Shown here piece after piece: positions 25,101 through 36,941 of a stretch of 64,000 bases of DNA (position 1 is the stretch's first letter; every line of letters begins with the position of its first letter). Origin of the DNA: Lingula anatina (lineage: Eukaryota; Animalia; Brachiopoda). The stretch lies in the NCBI GenBank assembly GCA_051362555.1, contig CM120646.1, forward strand, positions 4,030,001 to 4,094,000. Direction: 5' to 3'. The notes under the pieces are model-generated. The model made no database searches and was not told the DNA's origin. It saw nothing but the letters and a program-made list of their open reading frames with translations. A program made the position numbers and the translations under genes.

Positions 25101-27603
25101 GGATGTATTGCTTATAATTTCAATGGGACTCATTTAGCTTTTAATTTGCCTTTGCGACTTTGCCTATTTTAATCATTTTTTTTATGAACCGTTTCTATTA
25201 TTCCCGGTGCGGGAAACGTTTTTCATATGTGATCCCAATTTTTAAAAGGTCACAGTGCCGCCTTCTTCCTTTCCCAGCTCTTTAAAAAAAGAAAAGAAAA
25301 GATGATTAGTAAAAAAAAGCACGCGATAGGTGAATCTTTAGAGAGCATTCTTATTTTATCCACACAAATGATATCCCCGGGTCTGGGAGCCCCGGCTATA
25401 ATATCGATCGAACAGCATTTAATAATTGGTGGGCTGATTAAACAACCCTTGAATGGGCTAACAGGCATATTCTAATCATGCAAATTTAGAAAAGTATGAA
25501 AATAAATTTTGAAGCAACATTAACGGCCTGAATACCTCTAAAAAGCCAAAGACTGAATGCGTTATCAAGTTGTGATTTGGGAGTACACGCGAGATGGGCA
25601 CCCACATGGATGTTTAAGTAGCGTATAAAGCCTGCATTTGTCTATTTACATCGCGGTTATTAATGAAATTAATGAACACATCCCTGGAATATCGAATGGC
25701 TACATCTGCTTATGACGTGACTTCATTTTGATGTTATAGCGTGGCTCAAAATGTTCGTTTTGAAAAATACAAGTTTTAACTTGATAAGAAAACTAAAAAC
25801 ACACTTGATTGGCCTGCTTATTTGCATACAAATTTCAACTAAGGCATTCTCCGGTCTTGTTCACTTATTTTAGTAGTTAGGTTACTTAAATAACTGGTAT
25901 TTTGGGTATAGTGTCGACACAATTGTTTCTCTCGGCCTATTATCTCGACCTGCTATCATATGATACTACATGTACGTGTATCCCCATCGGGCGGTTAACA
26001 AACATACGTTCATTCTTGCAACTTGGGAATTTCAAGAAAATCTAAGATGGCCGCCAATTACAAAAAAAAGTGCATGGGTTTAAAATGCTGCCAGCTCAAT
26101 ACAATGCCCATTATTAAATTCATTTTGTTTCTCATTGGAGAGATGGTTGTTGCAATACATAAAGTTAATGGCGCCACAGTCACACTTATTCTGATTCAAA
26201 GGAATCAACCAGAACCAGCTGGAATGAAGAATTTTCGAAATTCGCGCTACATTCAGAAAGAAATTTCTCTTATAATCACAATAAAAGTGAAATGAATTAA
26301 AAGGCTGTCAAAATAAAGATTCATTTTATATTCTTGGATATTAATGTATTTTAATTACATTTTTTTTTAATTTGAGTGCATTTCAGATAATCGGCCCCAT
26401 ACTTGTGGAAGGAGTTTGCGGTTGGTGACTGCGCATGCGCACGACAGTCATTAATTTGTAAATGGTTGCGTGTTTGCCAAACAGGAATTGGACGAACTGG
26501 ATGAGAATCATTATCAAACCCTAAGCATCATTCATAATATTGTTTTTTCTTTTCATTACTTATAAACTTACGTCGTAAGTTCAACTTAAAAGTACAATGT
26601 ATTCTATACTGTATTGTTTCGCCAAATCTAATTTTCTTCAAGAAAAAGGCTATTTTCTCCAACTCACGAATCGTTGTTCGACCCGTCCCTGCAATTATAT
26701 TTAATGCTTTTTTCTGTTCCTTATTAATTAAATTGGGTCTTAACGATTCGTGATCAATTTAGATCGCTATGTCTTCATGGCATTTTAGAAGGAAATATTG
26801 ACTTTTATTTGAGGAGTTTATGAATCGTTATGAATATCCGAATTGGAAATGATAAGTAAAGCTCTGTAGGATATTCAGACATAAAAAGACTTTGGGACAC
26901 TCCAAACGCATAAAGCACATCTTAACATGAACACACGGTAACCTAATAAAATAGATAAAAGATTTCGTCGACACTTCTGCAATATTCATAGCGGCAGTAT
27001 GTCCACAATAATGCTCTGGTGAATCAACGAGGTATTAAAGCAATTCCGGTCTATGAAGACCTTAAACTTAATTATAGAATTTAGCATAAATGACAACAAA
27101 AATTAGTCTTATTCATAAAAGATACTAGTGCATGTGTACGTTTAGATATAGATTTTATTATATATGACCTCCTGCAATACATTTCATAACAATTCAATTA
27201 GCAAGAATTTTGGCCAGATTGCTGAAAAGATTGTTAGTAGCGCCAGTACCTAGCGATTCAGCGACCCTTTTCTCAAAATGGCTGCAACAAGCATGCCAAA
27301 TGGAGAACGTGTAATATGCTTTCATTACTTTTTAGACGTTATTTACTAGCAGAAAACAATGTGTCTGTGATACGAAACATAATGTATTATTAGTCTTTAA
27401 CGCTGGATTAAAATCTAATATGGCTGCTAATCCAAGATGGCGTCCGCTATGGGACTTGGTTAGATCATTTCGATAAAATAGATACAACAATCTAAGAAGC
27501 GCCTTTGCGTCCATTTTAAGGTCTCACAAAAATTACTATTGTGTTGACAATAGCACCAAAAATGACCATTTTTGTTTGCAATGGTCTGTTGTTATCCTTC
27601 ACT

Positions 27604-30600
27604 TCAGCACACATCATTCAGCCACTTTTTTCCCTCCGTTCCCTTCCAGTGTGGCGGCCACGTTTTCATAATGGAAGGTCGCTTGCTGACCGTTTCATAA
27701 TACTTCCCCAGCTCCGGGAAGGTCGGACGCAGTGCAAGGCCGAGACGCACCATAACGGCTAAGACGGGGAAGAAGATGCAGTCAGCCATTGTGAAGTCCT
27801 GGCCAGTCAAATAGTCACCTCCTGCCTGCAAGAAACATGCACTTAACTGATACACTGAACTGTCGACGTTATTATACACATGCGCGCTATATATACATTT
27901 AGATCATCTGCTTCTTCTAGATTAAAGGTCATTCTTGAAAATATCATCATTCTCTTATCAAGACTATAATGAGTAATTGTTAAATTGGTATCTGGTAAAT
28001 CTGGTAACTAGTTATAAAAATACTACATGTATATTTGCTGAAAAACGTTAATTCATCTACAGTTGTTTTAATATATATTAGTGTTCTTTTATATAATTTA
28101 GATTGTTGTAACAACATTTGGTACGTTCAAGGAAGTGTATATCTATTGCCTTGGTGTGTTAGTTCGTCTTAACATACTAGTATACAAGTTGCAATTGGTG
28201 CCAAATCGCCATAACATGTACGGCTGAGAATATATAAATTCACATTTCAAAAGAATAACATCCCAAAAGAACATCATCATTCTACGAAATGACAGGAAAA
28301 TGCACGTAATTTGTCAGTTATAAGATTGTAACCTAATTAAAACTGAAAGTTAAATTTTACTAGACATGACGATACAATATGTAACATCAAATAAGGCCAC
28401 CTGTCCCATTAGGCATTTCACAAAACTAAGAAAATCGATGATTCTCAAAATTGAAAAGTAAAAAATTGATACGGATTCAATTAGTACATACTGCCTTCAG
28501 ATAACCTTCCCAGAGAGCCAGTTCAGCTTTCAGTGATGCCTTTTTCTCTTTCATTTCTTCCTGAAAAAAAAAGACCTTTGAGTCATACAGTAACCTAGAC
28601 ACAGAACACAGATGTCTGTGTAAATTTAGAATATCGAATCATGATTTACAGGTAGAAAATGGACGCTATAACAGCACAGAGGCAGAAAACAGATTATGCA
28701 TCGCTTGTTTTTCAAAAGGATATAGTTATGTCGTAACCGTGATTCATGTCCTACAAGAGCGTAGTTAATATATAGACTTCAGAAAAGAGTACATACCAGA
28801 TATACAAACAATGACCATGACAGATGCTATATCTTCGCGAAACGATGACTTTATTAAAAAAGATTGGCAGCTTACTTATATCATTGTAACAAAATAAGAA
28901 AATATTATACCAAGATCATTGAATAAGTGGACTTCATGTATACCTTTATTTTCATATTTATATTGAGAATGTTTGTTACTTTTATTATATTTTTATCCTA
29001 TTAAATAATGCGTTGAACTATGTACTCTGGGTCTGAAGGCCTGAAATATGAAATAAATAAATTTCAATCTTGAAAAAAAAAAGGTAAGAAAAAAGTAGAA
29101 GTATGGGAGCTGCATTAAACTGATAACCTGCATTTGGGAAACGTTAATATCTCTTTTAATACGCAAATGGCTCTTCATAATTTCGTTTCGTTTTATTGAA
29201 ATGTTCAACTTGCGTCTGAAAAGACTTATTTATCAGGACAAGAAAGAAAGAGGGAGGTGAGAGAGGGAGGGGTAATTAAGGATTAAACAATTACGAGAGA
29301 GACAGAGAGAGATTTTGGCCGTCTCGCCTGTCGTGTCTGTTACCTCATTCACGTGGCTTTTTATGTACAGATAACCCAGGTCTTCAAATCCTTTCTTCAT
29401 GAATCCCGGGGCCTGAAGAGGGCAGAAAATAACAAACGTCAAAACATGCACCCCTGTATTTGCCCAAAGGGGGTAAGGGCGTTGCACAGAAAACTGACAA
29501 GTCTCATGAGATCGGGTATTACATAAAAAAACAAGCGCGGGGGACTTGTTCTGCTACCTTTTCAGCACCTGCCAGAAACCTTCATGAATGACGAAGCAAT
29601 ATTGGAACAAACCAAGGCCCAAAGGAACCCATGCTTGCGTCTTTCAGATGGACCCATTCATGCCAAAACGACGTGCACCATGTCTAGGGCCGTCTGGAAG
29701 ACGCACGGACAGGCTCCTATGGGCCATGGTAGGAGCAGGTTTTTGTGGCCGAAGCTCACTTTGTATTTTTTCTAGGACCCACCAAACAAGTTTATGGGAG
29801 GTAGATCTCCTACCTCAACAGTTCTTTGCAGCACCTGGGCCTTTCTGGGGCCATCGGTAGGAATAAGCTGTACACCGGACGACTTGTACGTGTCCTGCAA
29901 GATCACAGAAAAAAGAACTGCATCTCGCGTGTAACAGCACTCATAACAACATTTCAGAATTCAGTATTTCCTTCTGACGTGTTAATCTAAATGAATCATG
30001 ATTCGTTTAGAACCAACTTATTTAAACGTTTTATTTTATTATTATCTAAAATTGTACAAAAACATCGAATCTAAGTGCAAAGGCGGGCCGAGCCGAGAAT
30101 CATTAGTAAGAGAATAAAACTGCGTTTTTTTTTTCAAAGAAAATTGGATTTGAAACCAGTAGCCTAAAGAATACACAATCTTAGGTAACATTCTTGAAAG
30201 ATATCTGCGTACCTCAAGGAACAAACAGATTGCCAGCGATTCACTGATGACGATGTCCTCTATAACAAACGTCGGCACCTTAATATAAAATATACCATTA
30301 TTAATTCAATATTACCAATCCATTCTAAAGTTTACGGTTTTGTGAAATATATGGGACACCGATAAACGGGAACACGTGGAAATTAGGATAAAAAACTGAG
30401 GCTATATGCAGTCATACCTTGTCGTACGCATAGGCCTACATGTACACAGACCCACAAACAGGTCATTTGTACCACCTGCGGAACTCGACTAGATGCTGAT
30501 TGAAGGAAATGTAAGAGACCTCTGATAGATTGGTAAAAATGCAAATGCTAGAAAACTTTACAAAGACCAAAAAATGTTTTCACATAAATCTCTCGGTGAT

Positions 30601-30852
30601 CTCTGCCCACCCCAATGAGAAACCCATGCAGTAAATCACATTCGCTTTGTGAGCGGCATAGGGCCTAACCTCACCACGTGGATTCATCTTCATTATTTCT
30701 TCAGATTTGTTCTCGTTTTTATCGAAGGAGATCAGCTTGCTTTCGTAGTCTCTGATTCCTTTCTCCTCCAAAACCGCCATAACACACCAGCAAGGTGCGC
30801 ATCCTGAGCCCCAGTACAGTGTCATCGATCTCCCGGCTGTCGCCAACGCCAT
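27604..30852 (-). CDS. Glutathione S-transferase, rho/GST-A-like, copy 1 (229 aa; CAPC active-site variant). Exons 30852-30670, 30278-30213, 29894-29814, 29412-29344, 28560-28492, 27825-27604
   Basis: Six exons joined by GT-AG phase-0 introns give an open frame. Motifs: LYWGSGCAPCWCVMAVLEEK, NPRGEVP (cis-Pro), ESLAI, FTMAD (N-capping box) and the C-terminal RPSIMKTWPPHW typical of rho-class GSTs. Confidence 0.92.
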
Positions 30853-31858
30853 TTTGTTTCTGTACTGTATTGACTGTTTGATGCGCCTCACACGCAGTAC
30901 CAGAAAACGTTGATTTACCCGTATTCATTTTCTAGTTCAAGGGCAAAGTGTTATTGATATGAAAATAAAGCAAAATACGACACATATTCTAAGCGGAAAG
31001 GATAAGCAAGAGAGACGATTTCATGTCATCGCTGTTTAACCGCCGATTGAAGATAGCAGCGTGTTTTCCCAACTCGGTGAAGTTAAGTGACTCTTTCCTG
31101 ATAGTTTTTGTGTGTTTAATGTTGCATTTTCCAATAAGGTAAAATACGAACACATGCTACATAAAGTTTTTGTCGACGCTTCTGCAACATTCATAGCGGC
31201 AGTAATTGAAGAATAATACCCTGATGAATCAAAGAGGTATTAAACCGATTAAGGTCTATGATGGCCTTAAACTTAATTCTAGAAGTCAGTATGAATCACA
31301 TAAAAAAAGCCATAATCATAACAAATACTAGTACATGTGTACGTATACATGCTTCTTTATTATATATCAATACACGTAGTACACTTCATAACAGTTGGGT
31401 TTCAATTTGTAAGAAACTTGGACAGATTGCTCAAAAGCTTGACGCTTGCATTTTTTATATATATAAAAAGGCAGCATCTAGTGAAATACGGTGAACATTT
31501 TTCTAGATGGCTGCCATGAGCATATCCAATGTTTTCAGAAGGCCTCCTTTTTAATTAGAAATTACTACTTTTTAATAGAAATTATTTACTTGAATAAAAG
31601 CAATGTGTCCGTGATGCTGAAGCATAATTTAGTCTGTAAAGTTGGATTGCAGTCTAATATGGCTGCTAATTCAAAATGGCGCCCATTCTTACGTAATTTC
31701 AATTCACATATACTAGTAAACACCGTAGGGCTTGGTTAGACCATTTACAAATATTGGACGCGACAACCATACAAGACCTAATAAAAGTTACCATGGTATT
31801 GTAAATAGCACCAGAAATGGCCGTTTTTGTTTGCTATGGGCTGTTGTTATTCTTGACG

Positions 31859-33035
31859 TTAGCACACATCATTCAGCCACTTCTTTCCCTCGGTTCCCTT
31901 CCAGTGTGGCGGCCACGTTTTCATAATGGAAGGTCGCTTGCTGACCGCGTCATAATACTTTCCCAGCTCCGGGAAGGCAGGGCGCAGAGCAAGGCCGAGA
32001 CGTACCATAACGGCCAAGACGGGGAAGAAGATGCAGTCGGCCATTGTAAAGTCCTGGCCAGTCAAATAGTCACCTCCTGCCTGCAAGAAACATGCACTTA
32101 ACTGATAGACTGAATTATTGCCGCTATTGTACACGTGTGTGCTACATATACACGTAAATCACCTGCTTATTCTATAATATAGGCCATTTTTGAAAATATC
32201 ACCATTCACTTATCAATCTGTTCAGACTATATATCGAGTAATTGTAAAGTGGTAAGTGGTTATAATATTACTACACGGATATTTGCGAAAAACGTCAATT
32301 CATCTAAAATTGTTCTCATATATAATTGTTGTGTTATATTCAACATTGCCGAGGCAACATTGCCGAATTTAATACTTTAAAAGATATGGATATCTATTTC
32401 CTTGGCGTGTTAGTTCGTCTTTATGTATTAATATACAAGTTGATACCAACAACGATAATGTCCTGCCGAGAATAGACAAAATTCTTATTTTAAAAGAATA
32501 AAATCCCAAACAACATCATCATTCTACGAAATGACAGGAAAGTGCACGCAAATTGTCAATTATATAATTGTAACCGAATTTAAACTGAAAGTTGAATTTA
32601 TCTGACAGGACGATATAAAACATAATGTAACACCAAAAAACAAGCCACCTATCCCTTTAGGTATTTCACGAAACTAAGAAAATCGATGTTTCTCAAAATT
32701 GAAAAGTAAAAAATTGATACGGATTAAATTAGTACATACTGCCTTCAGATAACCTTCCCACAGAGCCAGTTCAGCTTTCAGTGATGTCTTTTTCTCTTTC
32801 ATTTCTTCCTGAAAAAAAGGCGATAAGAAAAAAGTAGAAGTATAGGAGTTGCATTAAACTGACTGATAACTTGCATTTGGGAAAAGTTAATATTTCTTTC
32901 AATAAGCAAATGGCTCTTCATAATTTCGTTTCGTTTTATTGAAATGTTCAAATTGCATCTGAAAAGACATTTATCGGGGCAAGAGAGAAAGACGGAGGAG
33001 AGAGAGAGTGCGGGGTTATAAAGGATTAAACAAAT

Positions 33036-33070
<35 letters not shown>

Positions 33071-33213
33071 CCAACTTTTTGGCAGTCTCTCCTCTTACCT
33101 CATTAACGTCGCCCTCCATGTACAGATAACCCAGGTCCTCAAGTCCTTTCTTCATGAACCCCGGGGCCTGTAGAGGGCAAAAAATAACAAACATCAAAAT
33201 AATGCACCCCTTG

Positions 33214-33245
<32 letters not shown>

Positions 33246-35004
33246 CTGTGCCCAAATAAGGCTAGAATTCGTTGCTTTTAAATATGACGAAGTCTTTTGA
33301 TATCGGTAATAACATGAAAATAAGCGCGAGGAAGGCGTTCTGCTACCTTTTTAGTACCTGCAGGAAACCTTCATGAATAGGGAAGCAATATTGAAATATA
33401 CCATGGTCCATAAGAACCCTTGTTTGCCTTTTTCAGATGGACCCATGCATGCACCATGTCGATATGGCAATTTGTTGCATGTTTGGGGCCATCTGGAAGA
33501 CGTACGCATGGGCCATGGTAGGAACAGGCTACTGTGGCCGAAGCCAACTTCGTTTTTCTTCTAGGACCCACCAAACAAGTTTATCGGAGGTAGATTTCTT
33601 ACCTCAAAAGTTCTTTGCAGCACCTGGGCCTTTTTGGGGCAATCGCTGGGAATAAGCTGCACACCTGACGACTTGTACGTGTCCTGCAAGATCACAGAAA
33701 AGAGCGCTGCATCTCATGTGTAACAGAACTTGTGAGGACATTTCAGAACTCAGTATTTCCTTCTGACATGTCAGGAAGAAGTCATTCTAAAGGGAGTTAC
33801 GATTCGTTTCTGAGTACCAACTTATAGCTATTAACGTTTTATTTTATAATTGTCTGATATTGTACAAAACATCGAATCTAAGTGCAAAGACGAGTCGACC
33901 CGAGAATCATTAGTAAGAGAAAACTGCGTTTTTCTCAAGGAAAATTGGATTTGGTAGCCTTTAGAGTACATTTATATAACATTCAATAAAGATGCCTCCG
34001 TACCTCGAGGTACAAACAGGTTGCCAGCGATTCATTGATGACGATTTCCCCTATAACAAATGTTGGCACCTAAGGGTAAAAATAAATCATAATTAATTCA
34101 ATATTACACTTCCAAGTGCAGGGCTTATATTCTGCAGTTTAGGGTCTTGTGTAATATAGGCCTAGGCCTATATGGGACACCGATAAGCGGACACACGTGG
34201 ATTTAAATAAGATAATGGGTTTACGAGGAGTCAGAGTCATAGGCTGATAAAAATGCTTGGGATGGAGGTGGAGTTATACATAGGTATAGACTATATATCC
34301 TCTACCAGGGCCGCAATTATTATCGTGGACATTTTTGCTGAGGGAGTACACAGTGCAGAGATTAGCTATCTATTTAACCAGAGACATATCTGTTAATGTC
34401 TAGTGAAAAATCAATCTGTGGCCCTGGTAGAGGGTAGGTATAGACCCACAAACAGGCTATTTGTGGCGCCTGTGGAACTCATGTAGACGCTGACTGAAGG
34501 AAAAGTAAGGGGATTCTGGTGGAATGGGAGAAAGGAAAAGGCTAGGACACTGAAAAGAGACCAAAATGTTTTCATAATATTAATTTGTCGGTTATCTTTG
34601 CCCACCCTGAGCTGCAGCGATAACTTGAAACAAACCTCTACACAGCACACCCTTGCCGCGTCAAGTAGGCCTAATAATGTACTAGGGTATGCTGTAGTGT
34701 AGTGTAGTGTAGGGGTTTGTTTCAGGTTTTCTCTGAAGCTGAGGGTGATCTCTCTGACCGTCCTAAAGAAAGGTCCAGCATATTTGTCACATCCGCTTTG
34801 TCAGCGACATAGGTCCTGTACCTCACCACGTGGGTTCAATTTCATGATTTCCTCAGATTTGGTCTCGTTCTTGTCGAAGGAGATCAGCTTGCTATCGTAT
34901 TTTCCGAGCCCTTTCTCCTCTAACACTGCCATGACGCGCCAACAAGGTGCGCTGCCGGAACCCCAGTAGAGCTTCATCGACCTCCCTGCTGTCGCAAACG
35001 CCAT
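31859..35004 (-). CDS. Glutathione S-transferase, rho/GST-A-like, copy 2 (229 aa; canonical SAPC motif). Exons 35004-34822, 34069-34004, 33683-33603, 33167-33099, 32808-32740, 32080-31859
   Basis: Exon sizes are identical to copy 1 (183/66/81/69/69/222 nt), with GT-AG introns. Motifs: LYWGSGSAPCWRVMAVLEEK, NPRGEVP, INESLA, TWPPHW. By hand count it differs from copy 1 at 28 of 229 aa. Confidence 0.93.
33039..33068. repeat. (GA)n microsatellite in GST copy 2 intron 4
   Basis: Seen directly. It is expanded relative to the short GA tract at ~29295 in copy 1. Confidence 0.9.
33214..33245. repeat. (ATT)n microsatellite in GST copy 2 intron 3
   Basis: Seen directly. It is absent at the homologous site in copy 1. 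Confidence 0.9.
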
Positions 35005-36257
35005 TTTGATTCTGTGCTATATATCGGCTTTTTGATGTGCCCCCACACAGTACCAGATAACGTTACTTGGCCCCTATTCATTTTTAGTTCAAGGGCAAAG
35101 AGTTTTCACATGATAGGTTTAGCTTTTATCGGAAAAACGTCAATCAAGCTTGGAGCATTTTGTGTAGTGACGTTTGTGCCTGTTGAGCGCTCCCTACCGC
35201 TCCCCCCGGACCTCTTTATATTCAGCAAATATTTTTTAATCCCCTTTGAAGAAAACGCGGCATGTCTACAGACTACTAGTATGTAGGATGAAATATTTCT
35301 CAGGACTCCTTACTGTAGCTTAGACAAAAAATAACTTCGAGTAGAGGTTTGGTTTAAGGTGGGTTTTCAAGTATAACTTCGCAAACATCACCCAGATTTA
35401 GATGGTAATAAGCTAACATTGCCCACCTGACACCAGGATAACGCGAGATTAGATTTGTAATTAAGTATATAGACATTGAATATGGCTTGTCTTGGGGTAC
35501 ACCTTACACATGTTATTTCTTTCCCCTCAGCTTTCAGGTACAGAAATTTTATTCTACTGGAACATCATGTATCAATGTATCATTAATCCTGATTAATTGA
35601 TAGGAAGACTGATAATGGTTTGATATCAAGGCTATATATCATTGTCACACAAAAAGGGCACTTTTAGCACCGTTTGAACACACAGCACGGCCGGGGGATG
35701 GGGTCGCGGGAGAGGGCTTGATTTGAGTACTACATGTAGTGTGTGGTTCGCCTAATAACCAGAACTGAGGGTGTGCACAGCAGTTACAAATCACCAACAT
35801 GATCCAAATGTTTAATGCATTTGTAGTTACTGTTACCATTTCTTGTTTTAGAACCAACCGCATCATTTCCTGTGTCTAGTCTGTACACCGTTTGAGTTCA
35901 GAAGGTGTTGAATGCACCCACATGTCGCGTGCCCATTAACCTGTCTATAAACCTGTACAATGACATGTGCACAGTGACTCTGTATGTACGGTATTAATAC
36001 CTTTATACTTGCCGTTTTAGATGAAAATGTTGCCATGAAGTGTTTTACCCATGGCATCTTTAAGGCAATTCAGCACTATAACTAGTGTATGGTATTTTGT
36101 TAAAAAAATCATACGATCATGTTTCATGTAGATAATAGTACAGTGTGGCTTTGTTGTAAATGTTATTGTCCACGTACCGGTATATATATATTGTAATGCT
36201 TAAGTTATGTGTAGTCAAGGTTAGATTGTCAAAATGTTTCTAGCTGTCTATCAATTC

Positions 36258-36414
36258 GGCGCCGTAGCGATAGTCCGAAGGTTCATTGGTCCGAATGTTC
36301 ACTATAGAACCTTCGGACCAATGAACCCTTGATTAAAAAATTGATGAAAATGTTACCACTTTTCGGACCAATGAAACTTCGGACCAATGAACCTTCGGAC
36401 TATCGAGACGCCCC
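36258..36414. mobile_element. Mutator-like MITE, family A, copy 1
   Basis: GC-rich termini and internal repeats of cggaccaatgaaccttc in both orientations. Near-perfect 9-bp TSD: tatcaattc / catcaattc. Confidence 0.8.
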
Positions 36415-36941
36415 CATCAATTCATGGCATGCATTACGGTAAAGTCTCAATCTTTGCAGTTAGGGGCAAAAATAATCAAACTTTCACATACATAATTTTA
36501 CAATCACAAATATTATATTTTTACAAAAACCATTAGTGGTCTATTTAATGCACTGAATGGAACCATAGAGTGGTATGAGGCATTTTTTTTTCAATTTTGT
36601 TGATGCCACTCAGAAGGAATGTTCTGATAATAATAATGTTCTGGTAATGATCTAATAATAATTAAAAAATTATAGATTTAAAATTTAATAATATTCTGAT
36701 AATGTTCTAATAATAGAAAAATAATAGATTTAAAATTTACAGTATCTGTAAAATTCAAAATTTCCCCACTTAAACAATAGAGTATGTAATGGGTACTGTC
36801 ACCCAAAATGACAAATATACACATTTTTAATGGGATATTATCTGCAGTAAAACATGTATTGTAATTTTTCATGCTCAGGATATTTTCCCAGGGTCATCCA
36901 AGGTGAACATTTATATGAAGGCTTTCAGGCGTGGACTCACC

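Larger units (their letters stand above)
26960..35105. repeat. Tandem segmental duplication of about 4 kb carrying the GST gene (units about 26960-30952 and 31165-35105)
   Basis: The 3' flanks (gtcgacRcttctgcaaYattcatagcggcagta at ~26967 and ~31172), the introns and the 5' flanks (tagttcaagggcaaag at 30933 and 35085) all align between the copies. Confidence 0.88.

Noticed and set aside
24593-25117. 174-aa ORF on the + strand
   Set aside because: No recognisable motifs, and its 3' third runs through a MITE shared with 38390-38549. Probably a chance ORF.
25520-26885. Possible large TTAA-type DNA transposon remnant containing aagatggccgcc and tgcgcatgcgca motifs
   Set aside because: The terminal similarity is too weak to define boundaries by eye, and the motifs cannot be distinguished from promoter elements.
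29584-29860. Similar + strand ORFs in intron 3 of both GST copies, as a possible nested antisense gene
   Set aside because: The copies differ by several indels and show no recognisable protein motif. The similarity is explained by the duplication and the GC-rich hairpin.
36258-36414. Repeated 16-17-nt words resembling a CRISPR array
   Set aside because: The repeats occur in both orientations with no unique spacers and there are no cas genes. TSDs show it is a eukaryotic MITE.
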